A stretch of 64,000 nucleotides of DNA, taken from NCBI GenBank assembly GCA_025057935.1, contig JANWUW010000088.1:19425-83424 (forward strand). Direction: 5' to 3'. This stretch comes from Thermoflexales bacterium. Its GTDB lineage: Bacteria; Chloroflexota; Anaerolineae; J036; Brachytrichaceae. The translations under genes and the position numbers were made by a program. Below, piece after piece: positions 1 through 7,913 of the stretch (positions are counted from its first letter, which is position 1; each line of letters starts with the position of its first letter). Under the pieces are notes generated by a model. It did not search any database, was not told where the DNA came from, and saw nothing but the letters and a program-made list of their open reading frames with translations.

Positions 1-74
1 GGAATTCGCCATGACGCAGTGCGCCCTTCGCGCAAGGGGATTATAGATGCTAGGGTGATACACTCAGCGCCGAG

Positions 75-1655
75 GTGTGGTCTGCTGTGGTGGCGCTCGG
101 GCTGCTGCTCTCGCCGCTGCTTGTGAGCGCCTCGGCTAGCGTGGTCGCATTACGGTGGCAACTGCCGTCTGTGGCATGGCGCTGGGCTGCAGCCGCGGCT
201 CTGACGAGCGCAGCCGCGTTTGGCTTAGGCGCGCTCTCGCTGCCAGAGGCAGGCGTGGTGCTCGGCGGTTGGCTGCCTGTGTCTGCATTCGGTGTACCGC
301 TTGCGTTGCGCGCAGAGCCTGCTGCGGTTGTGCTGGCGCTGGCGTGGTTTGCCGTGCAGCTCGATGCGATGCTCCGCGCGCAGCGGCTGCCGAGCGCCTC
401 GCAAGTCTGGGCGCTCGCGCTGACGAGCAGCGCGCTGGTGACGATTGCGCTCGCGCAGAACTTGGTGACGTTGCTCGTCGGCGTGGCGTTGAGCGATTGG
501 CTGTGGGCTTGGCAGCGCTTCCCACGGCAAGACCCGAACCGCGAAAGCAGCGCCTTTGCGGTTGGGCTTTTGCTGCGCTTGGTTGGGCTGACGCTGCTTG
601 TGCTCAGCTTTGCGGCGCACTACAACGCCTACAGCAGCGCTAGTATCGGTCTGTTCCCGCTCGCGGCAAGCCTTGCTCCTTTGGGGGCTGCAGCCATTGG
701 ATTGCGGTTGACGTTCGCGCCGTTTATCCGCTTCGCAGCCGCATCCTTCGATTCAATCCAGCAGTTCGGCCTCTTCTCAACGCTGCTGCTTCAGCATCGC
801 CTTGCCGAGGCAGGATGGACCGCTCTGCCAGGCTGGTTCGAGGGTTGGGCAGTGTTGAGCGTTGGGCAAAGCTTGGTGCTCGTCCTCAGCAGACGCACGC
901 GAGAGATGCGCCTCATCCCAGCAGCTTCTGCGGCGCTTGTTGCGGCGCTCGGTGCGCATGCGGACGCAGCGTCTCAGGCTGTTGCTGCAGTAGCTTGGTT
1001 GGTCGGTGCATCATTGGCGTGCTCTGTGCCGCTGGAGCGCAGGGCGATCCTCAACAGTGTGCGGCGGCTGGTCGGCACGGGCATACTGCTGGTTGTGCCG
1101 CTGTGGGTGGGCAGCTTCGAGACCGTCAGTGGAAGCGAGCGCTGGATGTTGGGCCTAGCTGCGTTGGGCGTGGCGATGTTGATCGCGCGCCCTGTCTTCG
1201 TTGCGCTGCGCCTGTGGCGCACAGTGCGCCTTGAATTGCCGCGCGCCTCGCGTGCCGAGCAGGCAACGCGCTGGGGGAGTTTAATCTTGCTTCAAGCGTT
1301 GGTCCTCATTACTAGCCTAGCGCTGCGCCCAGGTGAAGAGGCAGCGCTGAGTTCGCGCTTGAGCCTCGAGAGCAGCGCGTGGATGGTGGGCGCGCTGGGT
1401 TGTGCACTAGGCGGTTGGTTGCTGGGGCAGAGGCTGCAAGCGCGCGTGCCCCGTTTTGTGCACGGCATGCAGGCGATGAGCGCGCGTTTCGTCGCTGGTG
1501 TGGATGTTGCGATTGCGGTGATGCTCGGCGCCCTGCAGCGGCTCGGCACAGGGCCCGCCCGTGTGTTCGACGCCCTCGAGCGCGACGGTGCGTTGGCGTG
1601 GCTGATCGCGTTGGTGTTGTTGATCGCGCTGACGACGCACGTGCCGACACCATGA
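75..1655 (+). CDS. polytopic integral membrane protein, family not recognised
   Basis: 526-aa ORF (GTG start per track), rich in A/L/V/G/W with many hydrophobic spans. Its TGA overlaps the next ATG (ATGA at 1652-1655), which suggests a coupled two-gene membrane operon. Confidence 0.55.
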   Translation: MWSAVVALGLLLSPLLVSASASVVALRWQLPSVAWRWAAAAALTSAAAFGLGALSLPEAGVVLGGWLPVSAFGVPLALRAEPAAVVLALAWFAVQLDAMLRAQRLPSASQVWALALTSSALVTIALAQNLVTLLVGVALSDWLWAWQRFPRQDPNRESSAFAVGLLLRLVGLTLLVLSFAAHYNAYSSASIGLFPLAASLAPLGAAAIGLRLTFAPFIRFAAASFDSIQQFGLFSTLLLQHRLAEAGWTALPGWFEGWAVLSVGQSLVLVLSRRTREMRLIPAASAALVAALGAHADAASQAVAAVAWLVGASLACSVPLERRAILNSVRRLVGTGILLVVPLWVGSFETVSGSERWMLGLAALGVAMLIARPVFVALRLWRTVRLELPRASRAEQATRWGSLILLQALVLITSLALRPGEEAALSSRLSLESSAWMVGALGCALGGWLLGQRLQARVPRFVHGMQAMSARFVAGVDVAIAVMLGALQRLGTGPARVFDALERDGALAWLIALVLLIALTTHVPTP

Positions 1656-2440
1656 GCTTTCACAGGCGCATCCTGTGGCTGGTGGGCTTGTTGTTGGTGC
1701 TCGCTGCTTCAAGCTTAGCGCCGCGCGCTTGGCTGCGCGCGCTTGACTTCGTCGGTTATGCTGTTTGTCATCGCATCCCTTCGCGTTCGTTCTTCGTAGC
1801 AGGTGAGCAGTTGCCGCTGTGCGCACGCGACACTGGGATGTTCAGCGCAGCGCTGCTCAGCTTGACTTTGTTCGCCAGCACGCTGCGCGGTCGCCCGGCG
1901 CGTTTCCCGCGGGGCGCGTGGCGCGTTGGGCTAGGTGCGTTGGCGCTCGCGTGGGCAGCCGACGGGCTAAACTCCTACGTGGCGCTGATCACGGGTCGCC
2001 CCCTCGCTTATCCGCCAAGCAACCTCCTGCGCTTGATCACTGGCGCTGGGATGGGGATCGTGATGAGCACGCTGCTGGTGTCGCTGTTCAATCAAGCAGT
2101 GTGGGCGCGGTCTGATCCTTCTGCGCCGATCGCGGGCTGGCGCGACGCCTGGCTTCCTCTTACAGCAGCGGGCGCTACTGTCGGGCTTTACCTATGGCGT
2201 CCTGATGCGCTCTACGGTCCGTTGGTGATGATAAGCGCGCTCGGCGTGATCGTGCTAGTCGGCGTGTTGGTTGGGCTGATCATGCTGGTTGCGCTGAACC
2301 GCCACGGCAGGGTGGAGACAGCGCGCGCGCTAGCGCTGCCCATGGCACTGGGCTTTACGCTCGGCGTGCTTGGGCTGCGGACAGTTGCGGAGCTGCGGCT
2401 CGCGCTCCTCGGACCTGCGCTGCCGTTCAGCGCTCCTTGA
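1652..2440 (+). CDS. DUF2085-like membrane protein
   Basis: Track ORF 1379-2440 trimmed to ATG 1652 (MSFHRRILWLVG). The motif YAVCHRIPSRSFF...LPLCARDTGMF fits my memory of the DUF2085 signature and is followed by several TM spans. Confidence 0.65.
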   Translation: MSFHRRILWLVGLLLVLAASSLAPRAWLRALDFVGYAVCHRIPSRSFFVAGEQLPLCARDTGMFSAALLSLTLFASTLRGRPARFPRGAWRVGLGALALAWAADGLNSYVALITGRPLAYPPSNLLRLITGAGMGIVMSTLLVSLFNQAVWARSDPSAPIAGWRDAWLPLTAAGATVGLYLWRPDALYGPLVMISALGVIVLVGVLVGLIMLVALNRHGRVETARALALPMALGFTLGVLGLRTVAELRLALLGPALPFSAP

Positions 2441-2461
2441 GGGTTCAACGCATTCAGGCGA

Positions 2462-3826
2462 CTATCGTCGCGCGATCTCGATGATCGGCTTCTGCGGCGG
2501 CTTGTTGTCACTACTGACAGCAGGCGTGCTGCCGCTCGGCGGCGTGTAACGCGGTAAGATTTCGCGCGCTTGCACCATGATGCGCGTGAGCTTCGCGCTC
2601 AGGTCGCCACGTTCTTGCTGCGCGAGCTGGTCGGCAACCTGTGCCATGAGCGCGATTAGCCTGTCGTCTGCGACCTGGCTGAATTCGCGCAGCAGCTTTT
2701 CGGTTTCGTCGGGGTAGTTTGCCGAGAGCAGCATGTTGATCATTTGCAGTTCGGGCGGCTGACGCTCAGCAATGACCTGCATCACGGCGTCGTAAGCGGC
2801 GCTCAGCGCGCGCAATGCTTCTTGGTCGTTGCGCTGTTGTGCGGCTTGAAGATTGCTCTCGAGCAAAGAGAGCAGCGCTTCGTCTATCTCCTCTGCATGT
2901 TCGCGCGCGGTCTGCAGCGGGTTGGCGCTGGTGGCGATTTGCTCGATCAGCGCTGTCTTGGCTTCGAGAAACGCGCGCGAGGCAGCGTCGAGCTTGTCGC
3001 GGATCTCTTGGATCTCTTTGCGCAAGGCGATAAGCCGCTCGCGCTCTGCGTCATTCTTGGCGGCGTCCACGCGCGCAGTGAGCTGTTGGAAGAACAGATA
3101 ATCGAGCAGCGGGCGTCCCAGCGCGATCAGCGTTTCGCGCGTTTGCGCGTCGGGCGCTTGGATCAGTTGCTCGAGCAGCGTTTCGCGCGTGGGCGACTTG
3201 CGGAACGCCTCGAGCGCGTCCATGCGCGCCTTCACCTTGCGCCCGTAAGTGGTCTCCTCGAGGAGCAGCGCTTGTAGCCCGGCGAGCGCTTGGGCGACGC
3301 GCTCGTTGCCGGCTGCGAGCGTGTTCTCGATCGTCGCCGAGAGCAGCTCGAAGAACAGCTCGTCTATTTGTGCGTCGTTGCGGCGGATTTTCTCCAGCAG
3401 CACCTCACGGTCGGCTGTGCGGAGCAGCTCGCGCAGCAGGTCGGCGCGCGCTTGTTGCTCGCGCAGGGTCTCGGGGCTGATGCCGTCTGCTTCGAGGATT
3501 GCCTCGATGAGGGATTGCATGGAGAAGAAGATGCGCGGCTGGAGCAAGTAGGCGCGCGGCGCATCTTCGGGAAGCCCGCGCATGGCAGCTTGTGTGAGCT
3601 GACCGATGATGCGTTGCTGCTCAAGGTCGGTCAACCCGATCCCCATCGGCATTAGGATCAGCGCGAGCTGCTTGGCGGGGTCATGGTACATGAACGGCGC
3701 GGTGAGGTTGGTGAGCCGACCAGAGAGCAGCGCTGACTTAAGCGCAGGCTCACGCCCCACGTCGATAATCTGTACCGTGAGGGGTTGTTGGTTGAAGGCG
3801 CCGCTAGGCGCGAATTGCTGGGTCAT
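2462..3826 (-). CDS. hypothetical alpha-helical protein (CpXC-like N-terminus without cysteines)
   Basis: 454-aa ORF with coding-like composition and a long E/L/A/R-rich helical body. The N-terminal ~60 aa (..LLSGRLTNLTAPFMYHDPAKQLALILMP) resemble a CpXC-domain layout but lack the Cys pairs. Confidence 0.55.
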   Translation of the reverse strand: MTQQFAPSGAFNQQPLTVQIIDVGREPALKSALLSGRLTNLTAPFMYHDPAKQLALILMPMGIGLTDLEQQRIIGQLTQAAMRGLPEDAPRAYLLQPRIFFSMQSLIEAILEADGISPETLREQQARADLLRELLRTADREVLLEKIRRNDAQIDELFFELLSATIENTLAAGNERVAQALAGLQALLLEETTYGRKVKARMDALEAFRKSPTRETLLEQLIQAPDAQTRETLIALGRPLLDYLFFQQLTARVDAAKNDAERERLIALRKEIQEIRDKLDAASRAFLEAKTALIEQIATSANPLQTAREHAEEIDEALLSLLESNLQAAQQRNDQEALRALSAAYDAVMQVIAERQPPELQMINMLLSANYPDETEKLLREFSQVADDRLIALMAQVADQLAQQERGDLSAKLTRIMVQAREILPRYTPPSGSTPAVSSDNKPPQKPIIEIARR

Positions 3827-3965
3827 GAGCTGTTGAACTCCTCGTGTGCGAAACGCGCAGGATTATAGCCCACGCAGCAGCGCAAAGCGAAGTTCTCATG
3901 CGCAGCGTGCACGGCGTGAATGCGCGCCGCGGCTACAATCCACGCCACGCATGAGGTGATGAGGC

Positions 3966-4880
3966 ATGCCAGAGAAGTTGATCATCATCGGCGCTGGACC
4001 AGCCGGGCTGACCGCCGCACTCTACGCAGGGCGCGCCTTCCTCGAGCCGCTGGTCTTCGTCGGTCCTTCCTTCGGCGGTCAGATCGCCACCACCACCGAC
4101 GTGGAGAATTTCCCGGGCTTCCCGAGTGGCTTGCAGGGTCCAGAGCTAGCCGCGCTGATGCGCGAGCAAGCTGAGAAGTTCGGCGCGCGCATGGTGGAGG
4201 AGAGCATCGTCAAAGTGGACTTCTCGCAGCGCCCGTTTCGGTTGTGGTCGGAAAGCGGGGAGCACGAGGCTCTAGCGGTGATCATTGCCACAGGCGCTAC
4301 GCCGCGCAAGTTGGGCGTTCCCGGCGAAGACGCTTTCGTCGGGCGCGGCGTTTCCTACTGCGCCACTTGCGACGGGTTTTTCTTCCGCGACAAGGAGATC
4401 ATCGTCGTCGGCGGTGGCGATAGCGCGTTCCAAGAGGGGTTGTTTCTCACCAAGTTTGGGCGGCGGGTGCGCATTGTGCATCGGCGCGATGAGTTTCGCG
4501 CCAACCCCACGCTGCAGCGCCGCGCCATGGAAAACCCCAAGATCGAGTTCATCAAGAGCGCCGTCGTCGAGCGCATTCTTGGCGATGGCAAGGTGACTGA
4601 AGTCCAACTCCGCAGCACGAAAACGGGCGAGCAGTGGACGACGCCTGTGGATGGGGTGTTCATCTTCATTGGGCACGAGCCAAACACCCAGCTCTTCAAG
4701 GGGCAGTTGGCGATGACCGAAGAGGGTTACTTGGTCGTGGATCAGCGTCTGCACACCAGCGTGCCGGGCGTCTTTGCGGCAGGTGAGGTGCACGACAACT
4801 GGTTCAAACAAGCCATCACGAGCGCAGGCTTCGGCTGCATGGCGGCAATGGAAGCTGAGAAGTACTTGAGCAGCTTGTGA
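3966..4880 (+). CDS. trxB: thioredoxin-disulfide reductase, canonical NADPH type
   Basis: GAGPAG FAD motif, redox CATC (YCATCDG), NADPH motifs GGGDSA (4410-4427) and HRRDEFRA (4479-4502). Confidence 0.92.
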   Translation: MPEKLIIIGAGPAGLTAALYAGRAFLEPLVFVGPSFGGQIATTTDVENFPGFPSGLQGPELAALMREQAEKFGARMVEESIVKVDFSQRPFRLWSESGEHEALAVIIATGATPRKLGVPGEDAFVGRGVSYCATCDGFFFRDKEIIVVGGGDSAFQEGLFLTKFGRRVRIVHRRDEFRANPTLQRRAMENPKIEFIKSAVVERILGDGKVTEVQLRSTKTGEQWTTPVDGVFIFIGHEPNTQLFKGQLAMTEEGYLVVDQRLHTSVPGVFAAGEVHDNWFKQAITSAGFGCMAAMEAEKYLSSL

Positions 4881-5245
4881 TGCGCAAATTCTTCCTGCGC
4901 TTAGGGGTGAATGCTGCGGTGATCTTCATCGCAGCAGCGGTGCTGCCTGGCATTCACGTGCGCGACGAGAGTGGGCTGACGTATCTGCTCCTTGGCATCC
5001 TCTTCGGGGTGCTGAATGCAACAGTGAAGCCATTGCTCAAGCTGCTGACATGCCCGCTGATCCTGCTCACGCTCGGCTTGTTCATTTTGGTGATCAATGG
5101 CGTGATCTTGTTGTTGGTCAGCGCGCTGAGCGGCGGCGCGCTGGTCGTGAATGGGTTGGGGACGGCGATCCTTGGTGGGGTGGTGATGAGCTTGGCAAAC
5201 ATCATCTTAGAGGTGCTGCTCGGGCTGCGCACGGAGGAGGACTAA
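4880..5245 (+). CDS. phage-holin-4_2 / YvlD-type small membrane protein
   Basis: 121 aa with 3-4 TM spans. GVNAAVIFIAAAVLPGI...LLGILFGVLNATVKPLLKLLTCPLILLTLGLF is typical of the PF04020-like family. ATG overlaps the trxB stop (TGATG). Confidence 0.6.
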   Translation: MRKFFLRLGVNAAVIFIAAAVLPGIHVRDESGLTYLLLGILFGVLNATVKPLLKLLTCPLILLTLGLFILVINGVILLLVSALSGGALVVNGLGTAILGGVVMSLANIILEVLLGLRTEED

Positions 5246-5251
5246 CGCTCT

Positions 5252-5767
5252 ATGCTCGAGGTGATCTACCTGATGGTGAGCGGTGCGGTGACTGCGCATC
5301 GTGCTGCGGAGGTGGCAGCGGGGCTAGCAGCGCGCGCGGCGCAGGTACTCGTCGTTCCAACGCCGAACGCAGCGCGCGTGATCAGCCCCTACGCGCTTCA
5401 GCGCACCCCCGCAGCGCATGTGGTCGAGAGTTACTTCGACGCGCGCATCCTGCCGCGCCCAACCCCAGCGCCAGTGGTGTTTGCGCCGTGCACGTTCAAC
5501 TCGCTGAACAAGCTTGCCGCCGGCGTCGCAGATAACCTTGCCCTCGCGATCACCGCCGAGATGATCGGCTTTGGGCAGCCAGTGGTTGTGGCGGTGTCGG
5601 TGAATCAACCGCTGTGGCGTCATCCAGCAGCACGGGCTGCCGTCGCCACGCTGCGCAGTTGGGGAGTGCATGTTGTGGAACCGGTGTGGGCAGAAGGCGA
5701 CTACACGCTCGCGCCGAGCGAGGCGATCCTTCTCGCCCTCGATCAAGCTCTGAAGGAGCGGCAATGA
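5252..5767 (+). CDS. flavoprotein (HFCD / CoaC-like fold)
   Basis: 171 aa. MVSGAV..A.....L......V.VV.T..A and CTFNSLNKLAAGVADNL resemble the Flavoprotein (PF02441) family. Stop overlaps the next start (ATGA at 5764-5767). Confidence 0.55.
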   Translation: MLEVIYLMVSGAVTAHRAAEVAAGLAARAAQVLVVPTPNAARVISPYALQRTPAAHVVESYFDARILPRPTPAPVVFAPCTFNSLNKLAAGVADNLALAITAEMIGFGQPVVVAVSVNQPLWRHPAARAAVATLRSWGVHVVEPVWAEGDYTLAPSEAILLALDQALKERQ

Positions 5768-6096
5768 AACTCGTGCTTGCTGTTGTGCAGGCTGACGATC
5801 TGCAAGCTGTCACCCAGGCGCTGAACGCGGCCGGCTATCGCGTCACGCGCATCGCTACACAGGGCGGCTGGCTGCGCCGTGAAAACGCCACGCTGCTGAT
5901 CGGCGTTCAAGATGAGCACGTCGAAGACGTGCTCAACATCCTGCGGCGCACTGCGCAGCGCCGCACGGCGTGGGTGAACATCGCTAGCGAAGCAGCCGGC
6001 ATGTTTGCTGCCCAGCCCATTGAGGTGGAGATTGGGGGCGCAACGGTCTTTGTGCTCAACGTTGAACGCTTTGTGCAGCTCTCCGCCGACGAGTGA
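5764..6096 (+). CDS. darA: cyclic-di-AMP receptor, PII-like (DarA/PstA)
   Basis: Track ORF trimmed to ATG 5764. MKLVLAVVQADD...YRVTRIATQGGWLRRENATLLIGV...VEIGGATVFVLNVERF aligns along its whole length with my memory of B. subtilis DarA (YaaQ). Confidence 0.8.
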   Translation: MKLVLAVVQADDLQAVTQALNAAGYRVTRIATQGGWLRRENATLLIGVQDEHVEDVLNILRRTAQRRTAWVNIASEAAGMFAAQPIEVEIGGATVFVLNVERFVQLSADE

Positions 6097-6105
6097 AGCA
6101 AAGCC

Positions 6106-6786
6106 GTGCCTTTGCAGGTCACTTTCGTGCGTCATGCGCAGTCGGTGAACAACGCGCTGTGGAGCAGCGGCGGCACACCTGCAGCGCGCGTGGATGATCC
6201 CGAGCTTACCCCGTTAGGCTGGCAGCAGGCTCGCCACCTCGCAGCGCACCTCGCACGTAACGGCGTCCGCTACACGCATCTCTTCTCCAGCTTGATGCTG
6301 CGCGCCGTGCAAACTGGACATTGCATCGCGGAGCAGCTCAACATGCCGCTCATTGGCTGGTTAGAAATGCATGAGCTCGGCGGGATGTACATGCAGCAGG
6401 AACCTGATGGTGCTTGCCTGCCACGCAGTGGGCAAACGCGAGCGTTCTTCGCCCGATATTTTCCGCGCCTTGTCTTGCCCGATTCAGTTACCGAGGCTGG
6501 CTGGTGGAATCGCCCCTTCGAAGGGGAAGCGGAGCGCTATGCGCGTGCGCAACGCGTATGGCAGGAGATCTGCGCGGCCTGCGCGCGCGAGGAACACTGG
6601 TTGATGGTCACGCACAGCGGCTTTCTCAACGTGCTGTTTTGCGCCATGCTGAGCGTTGCGTCCGAGTCAGCCACGTGGTTCCGCTTCGACAACGCCAGTC
6701 TCACTGAGGTTGTGGTCGCCTGCGCGTTCGTAGAGGTGCGCCGTGTCAACGATACGAGCTTCTTGCCGCCCGAATTGCGCAGCTAG
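6106..6786 (+). CDS. histidine phosphatase family protein (PGAM-like)
   Basis: N-terminal VTFVRHAQSVNN (RHG/RHA catalytic motif), GWQQA, later THSGF. GTG start. Confidence 0.75.
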   Translation: MPLQVTFVRHAQSVNNALWSSGGTPAARVDDPELTPLGWQQARHLAAHLARNGVRYTHLFSSLMLRAVQTGHCIAEQLNMPLIGWLEMHELGGMYMQQEPDGACLPRSGQTRAFFARYFPRLVLPDSVTEAGWWNRPFEGEAERYARAQRVWQEICAACAREEHWLMVTHSGFLNVLFCAMLSVASESATWFRFDNASLTEVVVACAFVEVRRVNDTSFLPPELRS

Positions 6787-6797
6787 GCGCTGATCGT

Positions 6798-6974
6798 TCA
6801 CGACCGCTGACGCTGCAGCACGGCGCCCACCAGCACGATCGCGAGCACCACCCCAATCAACATCACGAGGGCAAAACCAACATCGAACATCCCCGGCAGG
6901 GTGGAGACAGGGATCGCCAGAAACAACAGCACGACGAGGAGAATCGGCCATGCGCCGTTCCAATCGAACTTCAT
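6798..6974 (-). CDS. possible 58-aa two-TM membrane peptide
   Basis: Below the track length cutoff. I translated it by hand as MKFDWNGAWPILLVVLLFLAIPVSTLPGMFDVGFALVMLIGVVLAIVLVGAVLQRQRS. The two hydrophobic helices are clean, but no homology evidence is available. Confidence 0.35.
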   Translation of the reverse strand: MKFDWNGAWPILLVVLLFLAIPVSTLPGMFDVGFALVMLIGVVLAIVLVGAVLQRQRS

Positions 6975-7068
6975 TCCAGTCAGTGGATTCTAAGCGAGTT
7001 TGCTGCTTGCGCGCTTGTCCGGAGCGGCTCGCTCAGCGCTGATCGCAAGGCTGCGTGCGGAGCGGAAA

Positions 7069-7082
7069 TGATGCATGCATCA
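7069..7082. promoter_or_regulatory. perfect 14-bp palindrome TGATGCATGCATCA in divergent intergenic region
   Basis: Self-complementary over 14 nt, flanked by GGAA/TTCC and followed by a T6 run at 7092-7097. Candidate operator or hairpin upstream of the grx-groES-trxR cluster. Confidence 0.3.
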
Positions 7083-7272
7083 CCGAGTTCCTTTTTTCTA
7101 GGCTGCGCTTTGGGATTCCGCGCCTCTGCGGGAATGGCGTTGACATCTCAAGGCGGGGGCAGAGTGATAATGTGTCCGCTAAAGTGAGTTGCTTCCCCTT
7201 GTCACCTTAGCAGCGGCTGCCGCATCTAAGCCACATGGATGACGTTTGTGCACATGAGGTGATGAGGAAGGC

Positions 7273-7527
7273 ATGACAGAGACTAAACCGCAGCCCCGTG
7301 TCATCATTTTCACCACGCCGACGTGTGCGTTTTGCAACGCTGCGAAGGCATACTTTCGGCAGAAAGGCATCCGTTTCACCGAGGTGGACGTGAGCCGCGA
7401 CCCTGCCGCTGCGCGCGACATGGTGCGCCGCTCTGGGCAAACTGGTGTGCCTGTGATTGACATCGGCGGCAAAATCGTGGTCGGCTTTGACAAAGCACGC
7501 ATCAACGCCCTGCTCGGCATCCGCTAA
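7273..7527 (+). CDS. glutaredoxin-like / NrdH-like small redoxin
   Basis: 84 aa. IIFTTPTCAFCNAAKAYFRQKGIRFTEVDV (CxxC), GVPVIDIGGKIVVGF. Confidence 0.8.
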   Translation: MTETKPQPRVIIFTTPTCAFCNAAKAYFRQKGIRFTEVDVSRDPAAARDMVRRSGQTGVPVIDIGGKIVVGFDKARINALLGIR

Positions 7528-7595
7528 TGCGCCAATAACACGCAGGGCGTACACTTAGCCCGCATTTTCCGCAAAAAGAAGGAGGACGCGAAGCA

Positions 7596-7910
7596 ATGGC
7601 TGCCAAGACATCTACCGCGACGAACGCTGTAAAGGAGCAGACCCCAAACATTCAACCGTTGGGCACGCGCGTGTTGATCCGCCCCATTGAGCAGGAGATG
7701 CGCACGCCCTCTGGGCTTGTGCTTCCCGAGACTGCGAAGGAGAAGCCGCAGATCGGCGTCGTGCTTGCGGTTGGCGACTCCGAGGACATCAAGGTAAAGG
7801 TCAACGACAAGGTGCTCTACGCCAAATACTCGGGCACTGAGTTCAAGCACGACGGCGTGACCTACTTGATCATGGACAACAACGACATCCTCGCGATCGT
7901 CCGCGATTGA
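7596..7910 (+). CDS. groES: co-chaperonin GroES (orphan copy, no adjacent groEL)
   Basis: [43 protein letters not shown]...KYSGTEF. Strong SD (GAAGGAGGA) upstream. ~20-aa N-terminal extension. Confidence 0.85.
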   Translation: MAAKTSTATNAVKEQTPNIQPLGTRVLIRPIEQEMRTPSGLVLPETAKEKPQIGVVLAVGDSEDIKVKVNDKVLYAKYSGTEFKHDGVTYLIMDNNDILAIVRD

Positions 7911-7913
7911 CGT

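Noticed and set aside
7140-7171. A sigma-70 promoter formed by TTGACA (7140-7145) with GATAAT (7166-7171).
   Set aside because: The spacer is 20 nt. Hexamers at a 17-18 nt spacing match TATAAT at only 3/6, so this is not supportable as a feature.
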